The translations under genes were made by a program, and so were the position numbers. Shown piece by piece: positions 12,430 through 24,242 of a stretch of DNA of 64,000 nucleotides. The stretch comes from the human T2T-CHM13v2.0 reference genome, Homo sapiens: the NCBI RefSeq assembly GCF_009914755.1, contig NC_060927.1; one strand, given 5' to 3'. Within the stretch, counting starts at the first letter, position 1. Every line of letters begins with the position of its first letter. Under the pieces are notes generated by a model. It ran no database searches and had not been told where the DNA came from. It worked only from the letters and a program-made list of their open reading frames with translations.

Positions 12430-14497
12430 CTAAATGGTGCTGGGAAAACTAGCTAGCCATATTCAGAAAACTGAAAGTGGACCCCTTACTTACACCTTAT
12501 ATAAAAATTAAGTCAACTTAAATGTTAAAACCCAAAACCATAAAACTTAAATGTAAAACCCAAAACCATAAAACTTAAATGTAAAACCCAAAACCATAAA
12601 AACCCTAAGAGCAAATCTAGGCAATACCATTTGGGAAATATGCATGGGCAAGACTTTATGATGAAATCACCAAAAGCAATTGCAACAAAAGCTAAAATTG
12701 ATAAACAGGATCTAATCAAACTAAAGAGCTTCTGCACAGCAAAAGAAACTAACATCAGAGTGAACAGGCAACCTACAGAACGGGAGAAAATTTTTGCAAT
12801 CTACCCATCTGACAAAGGTCTAATATCAATAATTTACAAGGAACTTCAACAAATTTACAAGAAAAAAAAACAACCTCATAAAAAAGTGGGCAAAGGACAT
12901 GAACAAACACTTCTCAAAACGAGGTATTTATGTGGCCAACAAACACGACAAAAAAGCTCAACATCACTGATCATTAGAAAAATGCAAATCCAAACCACAA
13001 TGAGATAACATCTCATAGCAGTCAGAATAGCGATTATCAAAAAGCCGAAAAACAACATATGCTAGTGAGACTGTGGAGAGGTAGAAATGCTTTTACACTG
13101 TTGGTGGGAACGTACATTAGTTCAACCACTGTGGAAGACAGTGTAGAAATTCCTAAAGGATCTAGAACCAGAAGTACCATTTGACCCAGCATTCCCATTA
13201 CTGGGAATATACCGAAAGAATTATAAACCATTCTATTATAAAGATACACGCACACGGATGTTTACTGCAGTGCTGTTCACAATAGCAAAGACTTGGAACC
13301 AACCCAAATGCCCAACAAGGATAGACTGAAAAAAGAAAATGGGTACATATACACCATGGAATACTATGAAGCCATAAAAAGAAATGAGATCATGTCCTTT
13401 TGTTACGGGTGGGTCTTTGTTCTTAGAGCTCCCAAGGTGGTGGCGGCTGCTCCCAAGACGGCAGCAAGCCTTTTGTTCTCTCACCTGGGGTTCTTGGCCT
13501 CACAGATTCCAAGGAATGGAACCTTGGGCCATGCGGTGAGTGTTATAGCTCTATTGGAAGCCGTGGGCCATGGAAGAGAACTGTGGAACCCAGCGACTAG
13601 AGTTCAGCTCGATGAGGACGAACCTGGGCACTTAGCCCTGCAGGAACAATGGCGAGCCTTCAGTGTGATCAGGAACTGTGATGGGTGCCTCACTGGATCA
13701 GAAGCACAGCAGACACCCTGTCGGATCCGGAGCGGTGGAAGTCAGCAGCAGGTCTGTGATGGCAGTGAACAGCAGTGGTGGACGGTAAGTGAAAGCTCAA
13801 CTCCAGCCAGAAAAACACGGACCAGAAGAGTGCGCAGTTGCAAGATTTAAGAGTGAGAACAGAGCTCCCATACAATGGGAGGGGACCCGGATGGGGTTGC
13901 CCACCCCTGGCTTGAATGCCTGGGGTTTATATCGCAATCACTGTCCCTTACCCTGTGCTCTCAGGCGATATATGATTGACTATTTCTTTACCTCATGCCT
14001 TTAGCCTAATTGGTATTTTAGTGAGCCCTCTTTACTATCTGATTGGCCGGGTGTGAGCTGAGTTACAAGCCCTGTGTTTAAAGGTGGGTGTGGTCACCTT
14101 CCCCAGCTAGGCTTAGGAATTCTCAGTCGCCTAGGAAATCCAGCTAGTCCTGTCTCTCACTTTGCAGGGACATAGATGAAGTTGGAAGCTAGCATCCTCA
14201 ACAAACTAACATAGGAACATAAAACCAAGCCCTGCATGTTCTCACTCATAAGTGGGAACTGAGCAATAAAAACACATGGACTTAGGCACAGAAGGGGAAC
14301 AACACACATCAGGGCCTGTTGGGCAGGTGGGAGGAGGCAGAGCATCAGGACAAATAGCTAATGCATGCGGGGCTTAATACCTAGGTGATGGGTTGATAGG
14401 TGCAGCAAACCACCATGGCACACGTTTACCTATGTAACAAACCTGCACATTCTGCACATGTATTCCAGAACCTAAAATAAAATAAAATTTAAAAAAA
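12430..14497 (+). mobile_element. 5'-truncated L1PA (about L1PA8-10) with ORF2 C-terminal remnant and 3' UTR, interrupted by LTR17
   Basis: ORF 12631-13008 reads as L1 ORF2p C-terminus ([24 protein letters not shown]); 3' UTR 'gcttaatacctaggtgatgggttgataggtgcagcaaaccacc'; A-rich tail. Confidence 0.92.
13401..14159 (-). mobile_element. HERV-W solo LTR (LTR17), 759 bp
   Basis: Minus strand begins TGAGAGACAGGACTAGCTGGATTTCCTAGG (HERV-W LTR start) and ends ...GTAACA; 4-bp TSD cttt at 13397-13400 and 14160-14163; L1 reads continuously once it is removed. Confidence 0.93.
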
Positions 14498-14509
14498 CCA
14501 TGATTATAA

Positions 14510-14810
14510 GGAGGAAATCTATTGAAAGAAAATACATATTGCCAATAAAAATATAGAAATCTTTCTGATCATTAGGGAAATGAAAATTAAAGCACCAATT
14601 AAGAAATACTTTCTAGGCTATCATATTGGCAAAAATTAGAAAACTGATAAGATTGAAGAGTGCCAAGTATATGGAGAAATTCATGTCCTGTTAGTGAGAA
14701 CAGAAAGGCTCGCCACAACATTTTTGGAAAGTAATCTGACAATACCTATTAAAATAAAAATGTATGATCCATTTGTCCTAACATTCTCAATTATGGGATT
14801 CTAAAAACAA
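14510..14810 (+). mobile_element. Ancient L1M (L1ME-like) fragment
   Basis: Degenerate 'gatcattagggaaatgaaaattaaagc' and 'tttggaaagtaatctgacaatacctattaaaat'. Confidence 0.6.
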
Positions 14811-15969
14811 ACAAAAAACTTATTTAATAACCACTTTGCATGTCCTTTGGTCAATTACATATCCTTTGCTCAACAATGGATTATGTAATTTGTTGCTTCT
14901 TATCTGTAACATTAATCACAACTTTTCTTTCATTTTGATATTTATAATTGTTATTTTTTATAATTAAAGAAAAATAACTTTGAAGTATTATCAACAAAAC
15001 TTAAAAACAATTTACAAGAAAAAAATCCTATATATAGGACATTTGAGAAAGTGGGCTTAAATATTTAATAGTAACTAGTGAATTGCAACTAAATGTCAGA
15101 AAAACAAACAAGGAAACATGTATCTCTTCTATTTGGTGACTTCTTTGAATTGATGATATTCCCAATATTGCTTAAAGAACTAAAGTAAAATTTAGCATAG
15201 CTCCTCCTAATTTTGGCACAGCTGGTCTTCTCTACTCTCGGAAAAGTAAGTAGAGTAAAAAAACTCCTTCCTTAGACAGTGTTCTCCATTCTTTTCCTGT
15301 CTCTTTGAGCTCTTCTCTGTCTTTGTCTTTGCCTTCTGCATGCATAACAATCATAACAGGATTCCTATTTAAATAAACACAATTTTTTTGTCAGACTGAG
15401 GGCAGGCCTCTTAAAGTGAAGTCTCTTAGTGAGGAACCCAAGAATATTCCTTGCAGCAAATTTTCTCTGAGTGAGCCTTATGCACAGTAAAGTTTGAGAC
15501 TTGTTACCTGAAATGATGAGCTACTTCAGGGTTCCTGCATACATCTGTTTCAGACACACCAAATTTATCCCTGCTGTTGAAAAGGGCATTGAACTTCTTC
15601 TGGTCTCTATATTTTGAGTCAGTTCCAATCTCATTCCTGACTCTCAGACTTTTATCTCCCCTTGGAGGACTCACAAATACCTCAAAGCCCCTTGAGCCTA
15701 CTCTTCCTCCTGATTTTCCTCTTTCCGTGACTGGCATTGCACCTGACAGCTGCCAGAACCAGAAACTGGGAGGTAACCCCAATTTCTGTTCTTTCCCACT
15801 GTATTCATTCACTAATGAGCTCCTGTTTATTCTGCCTTCTAAATATCCACATTCCACTCAATTCTCAATAGTACCACTGTCACTAGCCTTAGTCTGGCCC
15901 ACATCATCTCTCATTGAAATTATTATAACTGTAATTTTCATGTTTCCCCTGTCTCTATTAAAGTCCCAT

Positions 15970-16583
15970 TGTAACTGAGTACCCCCATTTTTCTAAGAGG
16001 AAGAGAGTGAATTATTTTTTAAATTAATTTCTTCTCTCTTTCCTTGTTCTCCCCTGTTTTCCACTTCCCACTTAGCTCTTTAGAAATGCAATTATAACCT
16101 TTACTTTCCCTTCACCAGACACTGGCTACATGGCAAGCTTACCTAACTATGGGCTTACTTAGAAGCTCCAGAACTGAAACTCTCTCTGCCCAGGAGATTG
16201 CCTCAGCTGATGGCAGTCAATTTACATCCTCAAGGATGCCCATGACAGTACTCCATCCCACCTGGAGAGTATCTCAGATTATGGCCACTTTAAAACCTAG
16301 CACTACCTGTGGTGATGCCAGCTGGACCACCTGGTAGATAAGGCACTGAAGTGAGTCATATAGGCCCCGCATCTGCTTGCTTCCTCCCCTGCATGCCATT
16401 CATGCCAAGTTCCCCTTTAAAAGCTGCTGCATTCTGCCCCCAAAATGAAGTGGTACCCTTAAAGGCAGGAGCCTGTACTGCTTCCCCTAAGCTAAGCTTT
16501 GGAATAAAGTAATTTATACCAGACGCCACTCTTGTTAATGGAGTTAACAAGTGGTGAGTGACTGAAACTGCCTTTTGGTTATA
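15970..16583 (+). mobile_element. ERV1-class solo LTR (LTR29-like, subfamily tentative), 614 bp
   Basis: 'tgtaac' ... 'gttata' inverted termini; 4-bp TSD ccat (15966-15969 and 16584-16587); AATAAA near 16503. Confidence 0.75.
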
Positions 16584-16709
16584 CCATGCATTCTTCTTCT
16601 AAGGTGCTAATTTAATTCTGTCACCTTAATTATAAGCTTTCAATAGCTCTCGTTTGCTTTTAGTTTAAAATATAAATCCCTTACTGTGGCTCAGAGTGTC
16701 CTGCATAAC

Positions 16710-17487
16710 TGAGAGGTGAAGCCAGCTGAGCTTCTGGATCAGGTGGGGACTTGGAGAACTTTTGCGTCTAGCTAAAGGATTGTAAACACACCAATCAGCA
16801 CTCTGTAAAAATGCACCAGTCAGTGCTCTGTGTCTAGCTAAAGGATTGTAAATGCACCAATCAGCACTCTGTAAAAATAAACCAATCAGCGCTCTGTGTC
16901 TAGCTAAAGGATTGTAAACGCACCAATCAACCCTCTGTAAAATGGACCAATCAGCACTCTGTAAAATGGACCAATCAGCTCTCTGTAAAATGGACCAATC
17001 AGCAGGACGTGGGTGGGGCCAAATAGGGGACTAAAAGCTGGCCACCAGAGCCAGCAGCGGCAACCTGCTTGGGTCCCCTTCCGCACTATGGAAGCTTTGT
17101 TCTTTCGCTCTTTGTAATAAATCTTGCTGCTGCTCACTCTTTGGGTCCGCACTACCTTTATGAGCTGCAACACTCACTGCGAGGGTCTGCAGCTTCATTC
17201 CTGAAGTCAGTGAGACCACCAACCCACAGGGAGGAACAAACAGCTCCTGACGCTCCACCTTTATGAGCTGTAACGCTCACTACAAAGGTCTGCAGCTTCA
17301 CTCCTGAAGTCAGCCAGACCAGGAACCCACCAGAAGGAAGAAACTCTGGACGTATCTGAACATCTGAAAGAACAAACTCCGGACACACCGTCTTTAAGAG
17401 CTGTAAGAGTCACCTCGAGGGTCCGCGGCTTCATTCTTGAAGTCAGAGAGACCAAGAACCTACCAGAAGGAATAAATTCCGGACACA
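16710..17487 (+). mobile_element. ERV9 solo LTR (LTR12 family), 778 bp
   Basis: Starts 'tgagaggtgaagccagctg', ends 'ttccggacaca'; tandem 'ccaatcagcactctgtaaaatg' units; repeated U5 blocks; flanks taac/taat. Confidence 0.93.
16785..17040 (+). promoter_or_regulatory. LTR12 U3 CCAAT (NF-Y type) array plus GC/GT box
   Basis: Seven CCAAT boxes and one CCAGT variant in tandem units, followed by 'gtgggtgggg'; activity not shown by sequence. Confidence 0.6.
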
Positions 17488-18759
17488 TAATCATTATCTC
17501 TCTAATTTGTTTCTTACCACTCCTAGCCTCATACTTTATAATGGTCTCATTAAATGTTTTATAAGTTTCCATGCTGTTTCTTGCCTGGGTTTTTATGTAG
17601 CGTACTTTTTCTTCTTGGAGCCCTATTTACCATCCTCTTTAACCTGATCATTTCTCCATATTTAGGTCTCCCTTCCTCTGGAAGTGAGCCTTTCTTCCCA
17701 CCTCTGGGTTGTGGGCACAGCATCACAGCAGTGTCCGAAACAAGAAGGAAGAAGGAGTGGTGTCAGCCAGCACTATTCTAACATATTATTTCTTTCACAG
17801 TGTTTTTCAGAATTGGCGTCAAATAGCCACCTGTAGAGGCAAGGGAGGCTAGGAATAAAAGCAGCTTTCAAAGGAAATGAGATAGCAACATCAGTTCAAA
17901 CAGATGATGATTCATCACTCGGACCAAACAAATTATAGTTGAGAACATAGCTGGGATCCTGTTATCAAGAAAGAAGGGAAAACGGCGTAAGGGGAGGCAA
18001 TCAACAGTATTTACCAGGCTTTCCCTTGCAGATTGACACCATAGGGAGTTGCCTAGCTGGCCTACTCCTTCATCCAGCTCTAGTTGTGCATACAGCCCCT
18101 CCCCAACCTCAGGACTGTTTCCAAAGTAAGAAGTAAATGCCTTCAGGGGTCTGCCAGTGAAGGTTAATGTCTAGGCATCTTGTGTTTGTTGCCTGTTAAG
18201 GGAGCCTCTTGCTACTTTGCATTCTACTTGTTTCTGGAGCTGAAGCAACACTGCTTAAAAGGATTAATTTGGCTGGTGCTCCAGAGAATTTGGAAGGTAA
18301 ACAACTGTTTCTTTTTTGTCAATATGGCAATTAAGAACGTTGAGATTAAAGAAAGAAAAGTAAATGCAGCTTTTATTTCTACAGTAGACTGATAGGCTAG
18401 TGAGTCATTGAATAGGTAATAAGCCCTAGAAGTGTTTTGGCTTAACAAATCTAGTTCAGGGATAAAATTCTCTCTTCCCTCAACTATCTTGCATCCCAGA
18501 ATATCTGAACTCTACAAAGAAAAAGGTTGACAGTTTAGAATTTGGATTTTGTGTTCATTTGATTGTGGTGTAAAATGTTTTATGCTAGAGACACAAATCT
18601 GCAGGAAAATTTGGTTAAAATAAAGCTGATTTTTTTTTCTGTAGCCAGAAGTGTTACTTTTTATTTTATGGTGACTAAGGAAAATATAAATATACACATA
18701 CAGTTTATTAGTGTAAATGATCCAATGGAGGTTATTAGTGGGTGATACAAAATCATATT

Positions 18760-18880
18760 CTCACTGACAGAATGCTAGATTCAGCTATCAGTTTACTTAT
18801 CAGTGACCTTGGAAAATTGCTTAATCTTTCTGAGACTATTTCTCCCTTCTTTAAACAGCAATGATACTGCCTCCATCTCC
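18760..18880 (+). mobile_element. MIR fragment
   Basis: 'gtgaccttggaaaattgcttaatctttctgag' MIR core. Confidence 0.6.
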
Positions 18881-19056
18881 ACTGGGCTGTTGGGGATTTT
18901 TTCTTATACTTGATTGTACCCATTATGACCAACTTAGTGCCAGACATGTGATAGATATTCAGTAAATACTTATTTAGTAAAATATAGAATTAAAAATCAA
19001 ATGAAATAAGTATGTAAAAGTATTGTGGATTACTATACAAATACAAGCATTATTAT

Positions 19057-19535
19057 TGTCAAAGAACAAAATTTCAATAAATTGAGTTTTAAAGCTCTAA
19101 TTGGCTTTTATTAGCAATTCATGAACCAGGCAGTATTTTTCAGTCCACAAAGTAGAAGCAGCTCTGCCAGGAGTGGCAGAAGGATTGGCTTTTGTAAGGC
19201 AGATTTAGTAGAAAACAAACAAACAAACAAACAAACAAACAGAAAAGGGTGGAAAGTGGATTGGTTGCCCTCAGGTACTTTCCTTGTATGGGTTAAAGCC
19301 GAGAGGACTTCCTTATTTTGCCTGCTCAGATTTACTGATCCCATTTTTTTGGTTGCTATAAATCTTCTATTATTTTTTCTTTGAAAACTACGCTGTTTGG
19401 GGATTTGGTTCTCATCTTTCTCCTAATTTCTCAGAAGGTCAAATTCATACAAATAAACAATTTAGTTCTTGGATAGGTAATATGGAACTTTAGCATGAGT
19501 GTCTCCATTTTGGGCCTAGTATCTTTTTATTAACC
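19057..19535 (-). mobile_element. MER31-like ERV1 solo LTR
   Basis: 'tgtcaaagaacaaaatttcaataaattgagttttaaagctctaattggcttttatt' and 'gcatgagtgtctccattttg' resemble reverse-complement MER31. Confidence 0.6.
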
Positions 19536-21169
19536 TTGTTATTCTCTCCCATGATATGGAAATACATTTTATCTATAAACTATTCAGATCATTTAAAAAG
19601 CAACTTTATCATGATAGCTTTCTTCAAAGACCACGCCGCTGGGTAGGAGTAGCATTTGATGTACTGTGGTTTTTATTATCAGTCATTAGCTAAATCAATC
19701 AAAAACTAAACTTGCTAAAGGATGGCCATGAAGAAGAGAACTCATTCATAGAAACTTAATTTCAGAGCAAGATTAGGATGGAGTTTTTCTCATCTATTTC
19801 AGTTTCTGAAAAACTTGGGGTAACGTGGCCCTTGAGGCATGATGGGAAGTACTGCCGAAAAAAAAGTGTCATTGCACTTGCTATCTCTTCAGCTGAGAAT
19901 TACAGAATATCCACTTACCATTACCCATCTAATCATGCATATCAGTAATCTTACATGGTTAAACCTATAGGAAAATTGGGGCAAGCGTGGTGCTGTCAGG
20001 AGAACTCAAAGAGGAAAAAGGGACTTTTTTTCCAGGGGATTTTATGCTGTATAATTCCTTTCAAAACATCAGTAGAAAAGAGAGAACCTTAAAATGCAAG
20101 CTTTATTTTAGCAGTAACTGTTACTTCTCTTAGTTGCTCTTTCAGAGCAAAAACAGCCAAATTTAATTGACAACAAGTATAAAGATACTGTAATGGGGAT
20201 TCTTACTATGAAGAGGTCTGATAATAACCAAATGTTCATTTTTTAACCATTAATAAATAACTAATTAATTAACTAATTTTCACAAGAGAGTTATAGTCAA
20301 CATTGTAGACAAGGATAATGCTATCATCCAGAGAAAATGACTTATATATAGAAATAAAAATGGATAACATTTTGAAATACTATCTACTTTGGTCTTCCTT
20401 CTTGATAATTGTCTTTTAACTCTGCAGCCTTCATGATTAAACTAGGAAATGAATGTGAGATCTATTGCCCTGGAGTGGGGGGAACAAAATGAAAAAGAAA
20501 ACAAAAAAGAACTCCAAAGAGAGTCAAATTCTTGACTTTATAGCTCCTAAGTAGGCTTTTATAATATTCTATTTGAGATATTAGTCTGAAAGCTGAGAAT
20601 GTTTAAATAGTAAAAGCTAGACACTATTGAGACATAAGAGGCTTGTAATGGAATGGCAGAGGTTGGTCTTGAATATGCTCACTCAGAATAGAATTTATAC
20701 CAAGAACCAAAGGGTTGGGAGGAAATAAACAGTGAACTATTTTCTTTACCCTAAGGAAAATAAAAGTACAACTAGTTGAACTGAGGGAAATAATTGAATT
20801 TGATGTGACTGGGATTTAGATGCTGATGGAATCCTGAAAGTGGCCATTGCCACATGTCCCTGAGCAGTTGAAAGTTATTCTCATAGATCTGTAAGTACTA
20901 GCTTTGGTTTTTGTTTTTATTATGTGCCTTAAAAAAACCACTATTATCAAAACAACAACAAAAAAAATCACTCAAAATTCTACCCAATAATATATATTTC
21001 AATGCTTATTCTACTAGTCATTTTGTCCATGCATGTTCATTTCTGTCTGTTTCTATGTCTGTAGCTGTATCCATATTTTTACCTACACCTGAAATTCTAT
21101 TTTGCATCTGTAGCTACATCTGTAGCTATAGCTGTACTTATATCTGTATTGAAAAGTAGTATGTCCTAG

Positions 21170-23580
21170 GAAATTCTAGGAATATAGTGACAGCTGGAAA
21201 ACAAAAATCAAAAATCCATGAAGTTAATATTTATAATGAAACTAGGTAGCAAAGTATTTTTTTAAGCCTCAAAATATAAGCAGATAGAAATATGTCACCA
21301 ATAGCCACAAACTCTGCATTATACCAATATCTTCATTAGAAAAAACAAGAAGGAAGCAACGAATGACTAAAGGACTTGAGAATACAAACTTCCAAATTAG
21401 CCAACATGAAACTGTCAGAGAACAACAGCTACAAAGGAGGAGAGTTCTTACCTATTTATATGATGAGTGAATGTAAGGCTTACACTAAGGTGTAAGGAGC
21501 TGGAGCTGTCTAGACTTTATAAACTCTTGAAACTGATCAACCTTCCAAGATAGAGTACCAAACTGCCAAGAATAAAATCAAAATTGATCAGGCCGGAGAC
21601 AATAGCAAGGAAGGAAACATGGTGTCCCAGTAAAAGTGAGAAAGAAACAACCAGAAAACCTCAGTAAGAAGCATATATTTTAATGCTACACAGAAATACT
21701 AGAAGAAGGAGCTCTGTGCAGTTAAAAAATGTCATTTGAACCAAGATCCCTTCTAAAAATTCAAGAATACAGTTTCACATAAACAACAAAAAAGTGTTGA
21801 AGTTAAATCCCATTAAAACTTACCAGTATACAAAGAGAATAAGGAGCAGAATAACATCTGTACTGACAATGAAAGTATGCCATAACGATATGCCTGTAAA
21901 ACAGATCTAAATTATAAACTGCTATTTCAAAGCAACTTCAACGTCATTCAAATGTGATACAAAGTATAAATGAATAACACACATGAGAATTAGGAAAAAT
22001 CAGAAATTAAGTGACAGAACTCAAGAAAGAATTAGATATAAGAAAAAATCATATTAAAAAGAGAAAATAAACATAGTTAATAATGTCTTAAGAAAAAAGA
22101 AAGGTTAAAAATTAAAGCCGAAGGAAAAAAATGGAACATTGAAGATAAACCAAAAAATATTTAACACAAATAATAGAATTATCTGAAGAAGAAAACTAAA
22201 GCCAGAAAAAAGAAGAAATACTCAAAACCGTAATTCTAGAAAGTTTATGGGGTTAAACAAAGATTTGAAACTTATTGAAAGAACACATCATATACTCACA
22301 TGCTCAAGAATATCAACCCAGGAAGACTAATGTTAAGATATATTAGAGAAACTCCTGAGCTTGAGAGAAAAAAACATAAACTTTTGAGTGGGTAAAACAA
22401 GTTATCACTTATAGGGAAAAACTATATTATCTTCATAATTTTCAGCAGTAATGCTTCATGCCAGAAAAAGAATGAAGAGATATGTTTAATACATCAAGGA
22501 GAGAAATCATAAAATGAGAAACTTATATGCAGCAAAATTATCAGTAAAACAGTTACAAACTCTTAAATATACAGGAATTCAGAGAAAATTGCTCTTGTGA
22601 GTCCTTCTCAGAGCAATCTGCTGGAGAGCAAACTTCAGATGACTACCATGACATTACATGTGGAAAGGTCATGAGAATATGTACTTATAAAACTAGAAAT
22701 AAAGAAAAGTTAAAAAGGAGAAAATATATCTGGAGTAAAAGCTTAGAAATGAAGAAGGAAGAAGGGATTAGCTTATGTAAAATTTTAAAAAATTGTCTCT
22801 AATAATTATTACTGGTGGTAGCTTTGTTAGTATTAATATTCTAGGATCATTCTGTGTATAATGTGAGATAAAGCAAGGGTATCTTTTCTATATTTGAAAA
22901 CCAAGATTCATAGTGTGGAAGAGAAAAGATACAAATATAATATAGAAGAGGTTACATAATATCAATGTGGTTATAAATATATGCATATATTTATACATTA
23001 TATATTTATATATAAAATTAAAGCTAATTATTTATATGTATATACTGAGTATACTCACTGAAAGTGGCTGGAAACAATGACTAACCCAGGAACAGTGCAT
23101 GTTTCTGGTGACCAAATTGCCTTGAAATGCCAGGGGCTTCATGGAGAAATGGCTGATTCTACGTATAGGGGTAGAAATGTACAGGATAAATTTGGAAAAT
23201 CTTGTTACACTGGGTAACAAGACAGCTAACAGAGACTCCTTAGGACAATGTCAAAAAGAATTATGTGCTATCTTGAAGTATCTCCAGCTGACCAAATGTA
23301 GGACAATTTGAAAGTCAATAGAATAAGAGATACAATGTTGTGAAACCCATACGGTATGTTTAAATTCATGAGTTTAAAATGATGTAAAAATTAATTAGTC
23401 AACTTTTGAAAATGTAAAGGGATTAATACATATCTTGAAAAATAGTATGCAACGAGAAAGAATAGGCCTTTATGTTGCCTTCTTGTATAAACTGTACTCT
23501 TGGGTGACCAAATGGTAGATAAGAGAAGTATCTGTGTAGAACGTTATTTCAGCTAATTAAAAAATATAAAATTAGAATAT
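21170..23580 (+). mobile_element. Ancient L1M/HAL1-like A-rich region (ORF1-like remnants) followed by an L1MC-like 3' UTR
   Basis: Strong A skew and ORF1-like motifs; 23050-23580 matches L1MC-like 3' end ('ggagaaatggctgattcta', 'ggacaatttgaa'). Confidence 0.5.
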
Positions 23581-24194
23581 CAGCATTTTATACCATAAAA
23601 TATGCTCCAGCATGAATGATTTTTACCCAGAATGTGAAGTGAACTGGTAGCTTCTCTCATAGCTTACCAAACAGGACTTTCTTCTCTGTCAGTCTGCATG
23701 TATGAAATACATACATGCTGGAATAAGACTCTCATACTGTCTTCTTATCTTTTAAAAAAATTAGTGTATCATGAACATTTTCCCTCTTTTAGCATCCATT
23801 TAGCAGACATTACAACATTTACAATGACTATATAATAGTCTAGTGTATGAGTATATCAGTTTCATAATTTAAATAACATGCTATTTTCATTCAAAATTTA
23901 CTTTGTTGTCTTATGTATTTGTTTTCTATTATGTATATGGCTTCCACAGCTCCTTTTGCAGTAAAATTTTTTTTGTAACCATAGTTTTTTTTTAGTCAAG
24001 TATAATTATTAGTTAAACATATTTTTACCAATTTGGACACAAATTGTCAAATTGTCCTTCAGAAAAGTTATTAGCCTACATGTCCATCAGTAGAGTGCAG
24101 TCCTCCATATGCCTGCTGTTTTTTTAAGGACAGGTGGCCCTCTGTATTTGTGGGTTCCAAATTGGGTTCAATTAACCACATATTGAAAATATTA

Positions 24195-24204
24195 CACACA
24201 TATG

Positions 24205-24235
<31 letters not shown>

Positions 24236-24242
24236 ACACACA
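24195..24242. repeat. (CA)n microsatellite between a Tigger-like terminus (24131-24192) and a MER21-like LTR end (24260-24387)
   Basis: Direct reading; flanking element identities recalled from consensus. Confidence 0.85.

Larger units (their letters stand above)
15600..17660 (+). mobile_element. L2 fragment hosting two LTR insertions
   Basis: L2-like text continues across both LTRs ('ttctgccttctaaatatcc', 'aaatataaatcccttactgtggc'); boundaries approximate. Confidence 0.55.

Noticed and set aside
13293-13850. 185-aa ORF
   Set aside because: Chance fusion of the L1 ORF2 end and antisense LTR17 U5; the called start is TTG, not ATG
16767-17487. Regularly spaced repeats resembling a CRISPR-like array
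   Set aside because: Normal U3 and U5 tandem units of LTR12; no unique spacers, and the DNA is eukaryotic
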